Source: Catajapyx aquilonaris (lineage: Eukaryota). Taken from it: DNA of 64,000 nucleotides. Positions 39,804-52,944 of the stretch are shown piece after piece. The notes beneath the pieces were generated by a model, which saw only the letters and a list, made by a program, of their open reading frames with translations, was not told the DNA's origin and ran no database searches. The stretch is taken from the NCBI GenBank assembly GCA_000934665.2, contig JYFJ02000131.1:1-64000 (forward strand). The letters are read 5' to 3'. Within the stretch, counting starts at the first letter, position 1. Each line of letters starts with the position of its first letter. Both the position numbers and the translations under genes were made by a program.

Positions 39804-42800
39804 TAATTATACCAGTGTTTTTTCGGCATATGATCATGCGGTCTATGCACACTCGCCGGGTTGGTATCCAATAACACTGTACTGCCCACAGCCCCAAATT
39901 GTACTTGTTTTCATTTCCCGGTGCTCTTGACAGATGTTAAACTGTTTATGCGCTCTCGTTGCCTTCCTCACCCCTAGTGGCAGTAACTCTTTCTAGTGGC
40001 TAATAAACGGCTTATTTCCAAGCCCCCCATCGCTAAATCAATTTATATTACTTCTCAGGAAAAGGCAAAAAGAGTACCTCGGGGAAATCAAATCACTGCA
40101 AAATATTAGTACTGTATACTACGTAGTTGAATTTTAACTTTTTAATTGCAATCGCGCAAAATGTTTTGAAATATGTAAAAAAGTTATACAGCAAATCGCC
40201 CCGAGGTATCTCAACAAAACGCAAATTTTGTATGAATTGGAAGCGATCCTTTATTGCCAGAAGGTAATAATTTCAATATTAATTATATGACACAATGTGT
40301 ACACTGCTTAGGTTTACGACTCCAGTAGGCGGGGTAAAATGATTAGTTAAGTTTTTCTAATTATTTTCCGCTAATGTTGAGACCATTTGACTTCGGGTGA
40401 TACCTACGATGCACTTTCTGCAAAATTTCCACTGCACACACTGTATTTCTCTTGGAAACGTCAGCTGCACTTTAATCACTATGTGACTCAGACGTTCGGA
40501 AAAGGAGTCCTGCTGTACACAGCATATTTGTCTTAGACACCTTCCAAGGCCCACTTCCGAAAATACAACGGACAGGAATCTCGTTACTGCCGCCACCATA
40601 TGGTTTTCCCCTATACCATGTATTTTTTTCCTACTCCAAATTGCATACTTGTAAAACCGTGCCAACTTAATAGTCCGCCCTATTTTCCGCCTGATACACT
40701 TCCTTAAATTTTTCATCCTCACAAAAGGACCTTTTAAAAAAAATTCAAGGTCCCCCCCCTGCCAACTCTAGAAGCGACGTCATCCATTCTCATCTCCAGG
40801 CCTCATCCGCCATTTTATTGCCCAAGAGGCGCGTTTTCCAGATGCCAGAAACGTGTAATAAAAGATGCTAGTTGGCAATGCATAGCGCGGGAACGAAGTG
40901 TCTCCCTATACAGCATGCAGTCCATCCCAGGCCTACTCCAGATGAAAATTAAGGGTTCCAAGCAAAATTGGGCAGCCCCAGTGGGATTGGCTGAGATCCC
41001 TGGTCCTTCTACTTTTCTATTTGTCTTACTGATGAACTGTGTATGGTAACGAAGGAGATGGGATTAAGGCTGATTTTGGAGGGCTGAGCCCTTGGAGGAA
41101 GAGACGCTCAACTTTAAAGAGGTTTTGGCGGTGTGACCTGAATCGCGTCTGCAGAAATGGCTGTGCTGGAAAGGGCCAACTTGTTGAAGAAATCGACTCT
41201 AGTGAATATGGGGCGAGCTGGCCCAAAACTGCTCATTTTAACATTTATTTATGAAAACATTTACATAGTATGTGCTGTGTGATAAACGCGTTTCCGAGTA
41301 AGCCTGTACATATGTATATGCCTATATTAATAATGCAGCATGTCGTCTTGACATTAAAATTGAATGACGCACTTGCTCTATACACATCTCACTGCGGAGG
41401 CGGAGCATTATTTTGATTCCATCAATGCGGCTTATTATATGGTAAGCTCTTACGTTAGAGGCATGAATATAATAAGCAATTTGGAAAGCGATTGCGATTG
41501 CAGATAAATTACCTGGCCTAATATTGCTACAAAAACCAGGCGCGGCACGTTCTGGGAATATTCTCCATCACGCATATTAATCAGAGGAAATGAGCAGTAT
41601 TTAAGGGAACGGAGGAAGTAACGACTTTGCTAGGATGTGAGAGAACGGAATTCTTGCAATGGTATTGATCTTACGGGGTCCCCCATTAGAGAGCTTAAAG
41701 CTGGTTCTAAGTACGTCTATAAAAAATGCCAATTTGAACACAACCTTTTCATTAACTGAAATACAACCGTGTTCAGTTCCGCAACGAAAAAAAATGGTAC
41801 TCGATGAGGTTGAACATCAAACGACGCAAAATTAATGAGAGATGCCAGGGGAAAGATATACCTCGACTGCCAGGGGGTTTCCATGATGATGAGGTCACAT
41901 TTAAAGGAGCCACCGATATAACCTCTGCCTTTTAATTAGAGCTATGGCATGGTAATGGAAGCTGGCTTGGAAGTGTGTTTAAAGATGTCGGTTGCAAGTG
42001 GCGGCAAGTTCCTTCGTTCACCCTTGGGTCTGATTAATCTCTAGCCTCAAGCCTGGTGGTGTGGGGCAATACTTCTCGTTTCATTTAATTCATTAGTTGA
42101 CAAACGAAGGATGGGTTCAGATCCGAGCAGGGAAGCGAACCCGGCTTGAGAAATGAACCACTTCCCGTCACATTTTCGTATGTCCTTTATGAATTATTGT
42201 CGGACACTTATCACCCGTTATTCACTGCGCATGAGGATGCTTTAATATCTTCTGAGAATCAACAGTTCAAGCATCAGCACTTTCAAAAAATATTACTCCA
42301 AAGGGTTGCTGGAGTAAACAACTTGGGCAATGCACTTTTTCGTATATAGCCAATCGCATTCATAGGCATCCACGTAGCTAATGATAATGTTAGCCACGGT
42401 GTATCGTCTAGCATACGCGGGCAGCTTTATCTGAATTTTCTATTAAATCGAAGGTCTATTTACGAAAATGCCTGGCTATGAGTGGAGACGTGCTTTAGTA
42501 AAAGTGAAAGTGCCCTTGCAATATTAATCACGCGCTTAGAACGAAGGGTGAACCGAAAACAAACTTTCGAATTACTGCTTTTCCCAATAATGCCAAGGTT
42601 TCCAACTCCGCTCATTTTACAAAACTGTGCTGTACATATCACACTAAAAGCGAAAAACAAAATCAATGCTCGGGCGTCAAAACCTTTTTACTAGTACATT
42701 ACACCATCCCTCGCAGGGGTGTAGTAGAAGCAATAAAAGTGTCAGTGTCAGCTGAAAACTTCCCCATGGAAGGAAATAATCCTAGCCTGCACTGACACTG

Positions 42801-43260
42801 GGAACAGGGAAGCCCAATCTCAAGTGATGGGAACCGAATTGCACTTGATTTGTGGCCATCTTCTTTTATCCCCCCTCACGTGTTACCTAGCCGTATCTTC
42901 ATTGTAAGTCCTCTGTGTCAGTCACACGCGACAAGGTCAGAAAAAAAGAGACCCGCAGGCCATTACCGAGGGCGTCTCCTTCGCAGAACTCCCATCTATT
43001 TAAATGATTGCTAAGTACATTGCGACCCACAATTACTGCTCTTGTCCCTCACATCATAAAAGCCGCTGTTAAATAGCTTTACAGCCCTCAACAGTTTTGC
43101 TACTTTATGTGCAAGCAGGTGTGAAGGCACAGGCGATTAAGTGGCTGTCACAGTTTTGTCACAGTTACTTAAAAATAACAAGCCACTATAATCCGTTGTT
43201 CCGAGGGGATGTACGGACAGTATAGGAAAAATTCTGGCAAATTAAGTGTTCTCAGTTATA

Positions 43261-43562
43261 CACTGTACTCCCGATCATTCGGAGGTAATGACTGCACGGG
43301 TATCGCAGGATAATTGGAAAATGGTCCTAGATACCTTAAAATGAGCTATTCACAGGTTTTTAATAAACGACTGTACATACTCACATACTGTATTCTGCTT
43401 TAAATAAGATTTAATCAAAATTAGAAAACTCAATAAATGTTTAGTTTGTCTTATGGGAAAAGGCAATGATATTTCTTTGTTGCAAAAAAATTTGACATTT
43501 TTTTCGGACTTTTCTTTAGCCTTGCACGTATAATCCGCACCCGGATAATCGGGAGTACAGTG
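43261..43562. mobile_element. MITE-like non-autonomous DNA transposon, TA-flanked (Tc1/mariner-type target site)
   Basis: Terminal inverted repeats TA-cactgtactcccgatcattcgg ... ccggataatcgggagtacagtg-TA (22 bp, 2 mismatches). About 300 bp with no convincing ORF. Confidence 0.75.
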
Positions 43563-43690
43563 TATATAAATTAAACCGAATTGAGCGTAAGTCGTGATTG
43601 CAGATTTCAAGTATTTCTGCTCAATGTATAATGTAATGTAAAATTATGTGTACAACTAGATTTGATTTTGAACTGTGCAATATTAATGTA

Positions 43691-43840
43691 TACTATCGGG
43701 TTCAAATACTTTTGGCCACTTTATCCTGGTCTTGAAGCATCCCTTCGCACAGACCCCACGTTGAGGAGGTGTGTGTGTCTGTGTGAAGGGATGCTTCAAG
43801 ACCAGGATAAAGTGGCCGAAAGCATTTGAACCCGATAGTA
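43691..43840. mobile_element. Fold-back (palindromic) MITE, copy 1
   Basis: About 64-bp near-perfect inverted arms tactatcgggttcaaat...gaagcatcccttcgcacagac / gtctgtgtgaagggatgcttc...atttgaacccgatagta around a short loop. Confidence 0.85.
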
Positions 43841-44361
43841 CATGAAGATATTATTTGTATCCAGTTTGCAGGTATTTTTTCTATGAAGAGTACGCTGAAT
43901 ATAAATCAAGCCCAATGTAACTGCTACTGAACTGATCGCTTCTATTTTCTCATCAAAACTGCGATCACCGCTAGTCCAAACATGACCGTACATTTCTTTG
44001 GCCCCCTCCCGAAGCGTGGAGTGGACGTGACCGAATCTGTTGCGTCCTCCTGCTATGCAGATATGGTCTCCACTCGAGTGCCACCTGCAGGAGCTTTTTC
44101 ATCGAGAGAGAGCTCGTCCCATTGATTCAGGCGCCAGAGACACCTGTAGAGTTTCCGGGGAACAATTCGAGCCAGACGAGCCAGCTGCAGCAGCACCCGG
44201 CACTTGAAAGCTAGCCTCACCTCGAAGCCAAAGAGCGTACTACGACTCTCTGTGCTCTGTATACAGTGTCGGTGCAGCATATACACTGCGTACAGATGCG
44301 GCACAAGTCCAACCAAATCACCTGAGGTTCTCTCGCCGGGGCGCTTTTTGCCAGAGGAAAC

Positions 44362-44396
44362 ACTTACCTGAAAGGAAGAGAATACATTTGTTAAAC
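44362..44396 (-). other. Candidate recursive splice site (ratchet point), junction at 44368|44367
   Basis: The minus strand reads gtttaacaaatgtattctcttcctttCAG|GTAAGT: branch-like TTTAAC, pyrimidine tract, about 85 nt without another AG upstream, and a perfect donor immediately after the acceptor. Confidence 0.7.
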
Positions 44397-44799
44397 ACGG
44401 TGATAAAATAATGTAGAGTATCAAATAATAAATATTTGCACATTTCACGTGAGTTTCTAATCCCCCTGTACAGACGTGTAACATTGAACCATGTGGCTTT
44501 GAGGCCATCCGGAATAAATAGCAGCACATGTCGCCATGAGCTACCATGTGGTCCAGAACAAGGCGCCTGAACGTGTCTTTTCGCATATGTTCCACAAAAT
44601 AGTTGGAGAGCTGTTGGGGCCTTTCGTTGGATAAATGCAAAAACTAAATGCTAAACAGTAAACCACATTCCACTGCAAAAAATTACTGTAATGAGAGTTT
44701 AAACATGCGATGTAGGCAGACACCGACATTGACTACGGATTTGCAGTTCAACTTCATGTGCCCTACAGTTTACGTAACAATATTCATTTCAGCGCATGA

Positions 44800-44845
44800 T
44801 CCCCCCCCCCCCTGAAAGCANNNNNCCCCCCCCCCCCTGAAAGCA
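44800..44845. other. Assembly gap (NNNNN at 44821-44825) with duplicated flank
   Basis: poly-C + tgaaagca occurs on both sides of the Ns, consistent with an unmerged contig overlap. Confidence 0.9.
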
Positions 44846-44861
44846 GATTAACAATGAAGAA

Positions 44862-44997
44862 GTACTATGGGCCTCAAATTGTTTTGGTCACTTTATCCTG
44901 GTCATGAAGCAACCCTTCACACACACCGTGGAGCCTGTGTGAAGGGTTGCTTCAAGACGAGGATAAAGTGATCAAAACAATTCGAGCCTCATAGTAC
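44862..44997. mobile_element. Fold-back (palindromic) MITE, copy 2 of the same family
   Basis: Inverted arms gtactatg...cactttatcctggtcatgaagcaacccttcacaca / tgtgtgaagggttgcttcaagacgaggataaagtg...catagtac. Clearly homologous to 43691-43840. Confidence 0.85.
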
Positions 44998-47900
44998 ATA
45001 GTAGTGTGTCAAGGTATTCACCAATGAACAAAAAAATATATTTCTCCACAGAATTCCAATTATTAGTACTGTATGTGCGATGCCGATATATTAGGTCTTC
45101 GAGACAATAGTAGTCTAATAATAATTACTGTACCACACCAAGCAAGTACTTTGGCAATTCCAGAATCTTAACGTGAATTTTCTAGTGCAGAATTAGCAGG
45201 GTGGCCAGCATTAGAAATGCATCTAAATCACTCGTTAAATGCGACGAAAATGCCTCAATATAATCCGAATATTACTAAATATCCATACGTATTAGCTTTA
45301 TGTGTTAGCAGAATGTCACAAAACAGCCCATACAATCTTATTTAGGGGCTAAAAATGAGCATTGTGAAATTATGAAATTGCATCAGTGAAAATAGCATGC
45401 CATGTCATAATTACACGCAGCACTTCTGGCTTTTAAAAAGGTGGAGTGAAAAAGCACGATTGTGCATTACACTTCCCCTTTTAGTGAATGAGCAATTATT
45501 ATGATTCACACGTTTGTCTTTTCATCCTGTCAGGCGGATAACCCATGCGCCTTCTTTGTCTCACGTATTGCGTAATTTCAGGGGGTAACTCATGCTCCGA
45601 ACCTGCAACGCTATGTACTGATTGGTGTTGCTGTCAGCTGAAATATACTGCATATCTCAGCCATACCTTTATAAGGGTCCTAAATTGGGCATGAGCGACT
45701 TGGTCAACTAGGTAGCATAAATTGGCTAATATTGACACGTTCCTGTAAAGCTCCGCGGTACCCCTGCTTAGCTAAAGACGCGTCCTTAAAACGAAAAAAA
45801 AATGCAAATTCGGCATGCAAAGTCACCAAAATTATTCGCTATGTGAGGTAGAAAAGGTTTTAGAAAAATATTGATCTGCTCCATTACAATGCGGTTGCAG
45901 AAATATGGTAAAAATACGAACACGTACCAATCAAACCGTAATTGCATATATTATTCTCTGCATTGAATCAAGGGTCTGCTTGGCTTGTCAGCGGCTCTTG
46001 ATAATATATTATTGCACATGATGTTAAATTGATTACTGGAATAATCTGGCCTATTTTGGTGGGTGCAGCATTCAGTAAATGCATCTCTCGCAGACCCACA
46101 CTTGTATCAGTAGTACACGTCACTCTCAAGGTGAAATACGAGTACATCCAGTATGCAGAAAGTGCATAGTAATTCATGTATAATGTATCGCGACGATATT
46201 TAACAATATTATCTATATAAAATGAGAAGCATTTCGATTTTTGTGTCTTTCCTGGAACCGCAAAAATTCTCGGAAAGTTAAGAGCTAAAATCAGTTTGAA
46301 ACTAGGACAATCTACAGTATATATTTATAAAATATTTATGACATTTACATTGCATTATTTCTGTTACATTTGGTGCTACTTAAAATAATCATTGCCGGTG
46401 GGCAGTACCTAATCTAATAATCATGAATTTAATCCTAGCCAAGCGCACAACCATCAATGATAGTTTCATTGCAATTTAAAGTTTAATGAAATCCATGCAA
46501 TTGTTACCACGTCTTCGTCGAAACATTATCAATTTTAAACATGTTTTAACGTAATCTGACCCAATATAAATAAGTCGCGTTTATAGAACAATATCAACTT
46601 TAGAACTAAACTTTACAATTTCAGTTCAGAAAATGTTTCATCTAAACAACAGGTATTATTAGCAACAATGTCCACTCAGATGCTACCATATAGCATGTAA
46701 AAGCCAATATTGAGACACTTTTAAAGATAAATTGCCTCAGAAACACAATCATTACGTCTTTGTTGCCTGTCCTTGGCCAGCGGCAAAAATATCAAATCCA
46801 GCCCCACTTTTTTCTATTTCCAAGTAAACAACCCGCAAACGTGCAAAACATATTTTCCAACTCGGAGTATTTAAAATCAATCACGATTTCTGCTGAATCG
46901 CCTTAACCGCCATTAAATTCGACTTCTTCGTCACAAAGTCCAAAAAGTAACACATAAATCACTGTCAAAATATGCCAGAGCGAATAAGCCACTAAATCAA
47001 ATTTCACGTCAGAAGCAACTCGGCACGCTTAACTAACGTCTTCCCCCTTAACTGAGCCGGTACATACAACCCTTGCTTTTAATCTACAGCACATCACGTT
47101 ATTGAAAGGAAGTGCAGAGTAAGCAAGCTTTGCACTGTGTACTTTAGATCTTTTTAACTTTGACATGAACGTCATTAGTTGACGGAGTTTCAAAGGAGCA
47201 AGCCATAAACGAGGGTTAATTGACGACATTAGTTTGACATTGTTGCAACCTTGGACACCGGAGGGGGCTTAAAAAAAGAGGACCACTGTAAAGGCTAAGA
47301 ATCGTAATAGTTTCTGGCTTGGAGTGAGTCCAATAAGAGAGTCCCATTGGCCCCTCTCTCTCCTATAGGGTTCCATCAATGCGACTTATAGCTTAGGGAG
47401 CCATTAGGAGAGAAGGTGGGTCACCCCCCGAGAGGCCCTTGCAAAAAGGCCAATAGTGGTCTCTAAGGCCCCTCAAAGTCAGTTCCTTGCCCAATTTCCT
47501 TTTTTTCTCTCACTGACACCCTTCCAATACATCCAATTAATCCGCTCAAGAAAGGGCTAAGATTGACTCAGACTTTTTTGAACGAAAGGCGGAATATTGA
47601 ATCTGGCATTACTTGGTTTCAAATATTTTCTGCAGAATTCAGTTCGTGCAATTTTTTGTGCGGCACTTACCAATATTTTTTATTTAGTAAATACCCTACA
47701 CTCTTCGTGTATAGGTTTTGCCCAAAGTATGATCATAAAATCTAGCAAATGTAGAATTCAAAAAAATATATAATTATATTCACTGCAAACTTTAATGGCT
47801 GCGAATTCGGAGCGATGCCGATTGCAAACAAGCAGTTCATGCTGAAAATATGATAAATGATAGCCGGCAAAATTAATGAGGCAGAATTTATTACTTTGCG

Positions 47901-50900
47901 TACTCCCACCCGCAGCATTTTATTTGCAAGTTTCAAAAGCAACCCCCGCATTGGAATTGCCTCGATTCCGCCATTAATCATTAAACCACCTACTATACTT
48001 GTTGGCACTCCAGTGTTGATCACTATATCTTTTTTTCCCCCGAAAGCCAGTTATTCCCGCTATGTACGCAACACTGAAACGAAGGGTGCAAGTAAAACAA
48101 CACCAGCTCGCTCACACATCCTATGAACTCAGGTATAATTCACTGTGTTATTCCAATAAACATTAGCTGCATTATGAACAAAGGGTTCACACCACATAAC
48201 GATTGTACTGCGTTAAGTTTATTAAGTCGACACGCAATTGGTTACGTCCACAAACGATTCCGACACTATTTAGCATAATTTAATAAACATACAGTAACTC
48301 TCAATGTTCACCTCTATGTCTATATAAAGGGGTTTAATGTTAGCTCATAGATTTTTTTGTGCAAAATAACGTCGACTTCAAATTCTTCCGGATTCGGACC
48401 TTCCTGGAATAGGTCCTAGTGTCGCGGAATTTTGGCGGCTCTAATTTGACCCCAATCTATTCTTAGTGGCGTCCATTAACATCGGAGGTCCGCCCCTCCC
48501 TTTGCCGCAAGGGAGCCACGAAAATTCGCTTTTCTCGCAATTAGTCCGCTAATTCCTGTCCGCAGGGGTAGGGGAGGTGGGGGTATGGATGGGGAGGGGG
48601 GAGGCTGCTTTTGTGCCGACTTTGCCCGGGAATCCCCAAACCAAAATCCGGGCTCTCCGGCCTTTACCTCATCAGGGAACTCCCGCCTCGAGCGGATACG
48701 GTTTCAAAAGAACCAAATAGTAGAAGCAAACTTTTGTGCACTTTTTTTTGGAGGATAGTCTTGCTGGTGGAAAAATTGAGTTTGCCAACAACTGGTTACA
48801 TCAGCTAATAGTTCCCAGCACATTATAATATTGGTATGCCCTTAACATTGACAAATTGTGTGCTCACTGATAGTTGCAGACAGTAACAGTTTGTACTCCC
48901 AGAACAGACATCGGATAAAATCAAGCTTCAATTCCCTATACGACCATAGCATATTCGAAATTGTCGCTATAACTTTCCCTTGTTCTAGCCAAAATGCGCG
49001 TGATGTCATGAAATAACATAGTGTCTTGACAAATTCTGCAGCTCCGTACGTATAAGACATCCCATCTTCTCGCCTGACGAAACTTCTCATTTGAATATTG
49101 ATTAGTCGAAAGGCTGTCCTGAATTTAATAATGTTGCCAGTGATTTTGACTGCCACTAATTTGAGGCTGGCTCCAGTTTTCAAAATTTTCCAGGGAGTTT
49201 GCGGCATTAATGATCATTATCGGCTAGGCCTGGGCTTTACAAGTTGCATAAGCATTTAATCAAATTATTAGTGTCCCTAATCCTTTCAAAGTGAGATTCC
49301 TAATCCTCCCAGGGCAAAATGATGATCGCGTTTACCGAACTGGCATTAAGGCCCCCAGGATCAGTAATGGAAATCCGGATTTCTTTTTTTTTCCACCACC
49401 TCTTCTCTCCGGATAACAACTCGGTTGACTCGCCGAGTTCGCCTCATGAAATATATACTTTTCCTCCCCCCCTTTTTCCCAGCCTCCATTTAGCACCCGT
49501 CTCTTCTCCAGTCATTATGCAGAGTGCAATGGTACATCGATCTCTTGGGCCCCGTATCCAGGCAAACCCCAGATATTCCCAACCTATTTTGATGAGAAAA
49601 CTGCCTCTTGACGCTTCAACAACTATAACAACGACACACAGTCCTGTCATCAAGATTGCCATTGTGCAATAAACAACCTCATCCAGAAGGTCCCATTTCC
49701 ATTTAAAAATAGCTCCGATATTATGTTCTACACTTTTAAAATAGTTGATATAAAGTGCCGTTTTTGTTTAAAGCTGATTATTTCAGTAACAAGATGACAT
49801 CTCTAGACAAAAATATTCAGGAGCATACACCATAGAAAGTTGTCGGTATATTTACAAAACACCCTATTCCCCAAATGCTAGGTCGATTCAATATCCGAGT
49901 GTTAACCCAACACTCCACGAGTGTCCTGAGGCCCGTTCTCTCTCTCTAGCTCTCTAGCTCTTTTTTTACAGTCCCCATTGCGCGAGCTAGAGCTTTGAAT
50001 CAAACCGTGTTTGTTATTCCAGTCCGAATTTCGCAGGCTGAGAAAGAGCAGCGACCATTCCAGCTGTTGACGCAGCTTCACATTAATCTCCAGACGATGG
50101 CGGTGTCAACACAAGCTACACCCGCTCCACTTTTTAAAACAACAGAGCATGCCTCGGCATTTTATATCTTTTAAAAAAAAACGTGCTATCCTCCTGGTTT
50201 AATCTTCGTGTCCGGGGATAAAGCTTTTTTGGGGGGCCGGATTGCACTCTATGAGCCGCATCGAGGTGCGGTTAGATCAAACACGGTCTGATAATTCGGT
50301 TTTACGGAGTTGGCATTGTCCAAATCGAATTCGAGTCCACGGCTGCTATTATAGTTGAAATGGTGGGGGGAAAATTGCATTAACATTTCAGTGGCCGACG
50401 TTATGCTCCTTTCTTGCTCATTGATGGACGCACGCGCGTTGTGCTGCTGCGTATAAATGCAACCTGAAATTATAGCCTATTGCTTTTCCAACAAATTGCA
50501 CATTGGAATTTATACGGCACGAAAAAAAATATTGCCAGGTGAAAAACATTCCTCGCAAAATTAGGCACAATAATCCAAACAATTTGCAGCAAATAATTTT
50601 AACTTTGAGTGCATAGATTCCGCTTTAAATTAGCATACGTACATTTCCAATCATTTTTAATTTTTAAAACATTACAATTTGACATCCCGTTATCGTCAGT
50701 GGGATAATTTCGGTGCTTCATTGTTTTGATTGACAAAAGTTGCAATTAGTTAGGTTGTGTCGCAGCTGCTCAATATCTATGGTTGTGCTGTGTGGCGGGG
50801 ATTGTGCTTTTGCAGAAGAAGAAGAAGACATTTCTTTCGATGAGACAATTCCCGGAGCCGGATTCACGAGCTGAATAATTCCGGACTTGATCCAATCATT

Positions 50901-52783
50901 AGACTGAGACAAAAGTTTCCTCCCGAACCTTCATTTGAAGGGAAAGGGAGCGGAAATTCGCAACGAGGGGGGAAGGAAAAGACATGGTTTTCAGGTCTTG
51001 CTTTTCGCAATATGCAAGTAGTGTAGGCTTGCAGTAAGTCTTTCTTCAAGCCCCTTCCGCAAGATTGTTTTCCTCCGCTCAAAAACTTTGTTTTCTCATG
51101 TTGAGACGCAGTAAAGTTAATTACTGTGCGCTACATTTTGCCATTTTTGTGCATATCAACTATAATTGCTTCATTTAATATCGATGTGCAATGCATTATC
51201 TATGGACAACTAATTGTACCACAATTAACATTTTGGAGATATTTTGGCGAACCACTGTATGAAAATTTAAATCGTCGCATTTGGTGTACCTTTCAGGTCC
51301 AATAAATCGGTTGTCAAAACGTGCAAAAGGTCATCATCACCCCCATTGTGATGACAACTATTAATAAAACCGATTATTTCAGCCCCCGAGAAGTCAGACC
51401 TGTCAACATGTATTGCCACTCTGCATGTGACCTTGAATGTTTTAAAATTTCTGCTATACAAAAACCTTACAGGACCTTTTTCAGTCGTGTGTGCATAGGC
51501 TGACTAGATGCTATGAGGTGAAGAAAATTTATGGACGCCGCCGACTTCTTCGAGTGCTTCTGATGCCGCTGCATGTTTGGCATTCCGACAGGGAAGCAGG
51601 CCAACTTTTTTTTTTTACTTCATCTATTTGGCCACTTGTAGAAAACATCGAGAGAGACTAGGATACGTCAGAAATAGAACAGTCGGACCTGGGTGCAAGT
51701 ACACCGCGCGAATTGTATAGTATACAACACCCAGGTTGACAGGGATCTTTGCATCACCCTGTACCTTTATAATGAATCCTGGGCTAATAGCTCTTTGACT
51801 AACGGTAAGTCGTTATAGGCTCGTAAATAACTCGGGTGTTGCAGCCAGCATCGGTTATATAGCCCGTAATAAAAATGCGTCACACATGTTTGACGCAATG
51901 TTTTTGCAGCTTTTTTAATATGTTAGTGTCATCGTACATACTCGGCTCCAGAATAGTTGCACGTTCAATCATCCGAAACCTACTTTTTTATTCCGGAGGC
52001 TTCATCTTGGCAAATGTTGGTTCCTCGAGAGACGTAGCTCATCATTTGGGACCTGCTATCTCATGTTATACAAACCGAAGTGCTGCGCCTTCAACCCTTT
52101 TTTTATGTCCCGTGCTGCCACCTTGCAAAAATGAACTTTTTTTTCCATGCAAATGCACAGCCGCCTACGAATAAATTTACATTCTCCTTCCCTGTCAGCT
52201 TTTCCCATTAAAACGTAAATGGCGCTCAAACACTGAGCCAGATTACTGACCCTGCCAATTTTTTACCTCCCCATTTTTTTTGGCACAGTGCGACACACCG
52301 CGCAAAAACTGTCACACTGTCCTTGAACAATCCACATTCATCACCGTATACTGATTCTTAAAAAAATTAAATTAAATTTTCTTAACAGCTTTTAATTTAT
52401 CGTGAAATTAAAGTAGCAGCACTACGGTCGGGTTTCACCAACCTGGTTAAACTTTAGAACCGTCGTAATAACAGGAATTGTCGTAGCAACCATTGTTGAC
52501 AACGATCAATAGTAAACATTTTCCGACAAGAAGCTCGGATTTATAAATTATAACCTGCTTGGTGAAACCGGCCATAAGTGTAGATTTCAAGTAAGAGTCA
52601 ACAAAATACTTAGGCTCAGCTTGAACTACTGTAAATTTCCATGAACTGATTAAAATATGCCATAATTTAAACGAGCTGAAGTCAAAAACCGAGTTCAATT
52701 CAATCTCAAGTAAAAACTCAAAGACGAAAATAACTCAAAAATATTTTAGTGTATCTTCTTCTTGAACTTGAGCATTGCCTCAC

Positions 52784-52944
52784 CCTGTACATTCCCTATA
52801 GGCCTTGACGTCCCATACACCAAAGCCACAGTATCGTATTCCTGTCGTACATCCGCCATCCTCATAATATGTAAGGCTATATCTCATATTCTGGAGCTCC
52901 TCTATTTGCAGCCACGCCTTAGAAATTTTGGAGAGGGGAATCGC
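52784..52944 (-). CDS. PDE4 isoform-specific exon with its own acceptor (candidate)
   Basis: Acceptor ttcctttcccag|. Open frame AIPLSKISKAWLQIEELQNMRYSLTYYEDGGCTTGIRYCGFGVWDVKAYRECT (ATG at 52887), then a phase-2 donor AGG|gtgagg. Confidence 0.52.

Noticed and set aside
41030..41226. Open frame ending at phase-2 donor TCA|gtaaga
   Set aside because: No in-frame ATG and no clear acceptor. It could be a non-coding leader exon but cannot be supported as CDS.
44053..44640. 195-aa minus-strand ORF as an independent gene
   Set aside because: It reads through an obvious branch point, pyrimidine tract and acceptor, and has no recognisable homology.
44800..44845. Tandem duplication of poly-C-tgaaagca
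   Set aside because: It flanks an N gap and is most likely an assembly overlap artefact.
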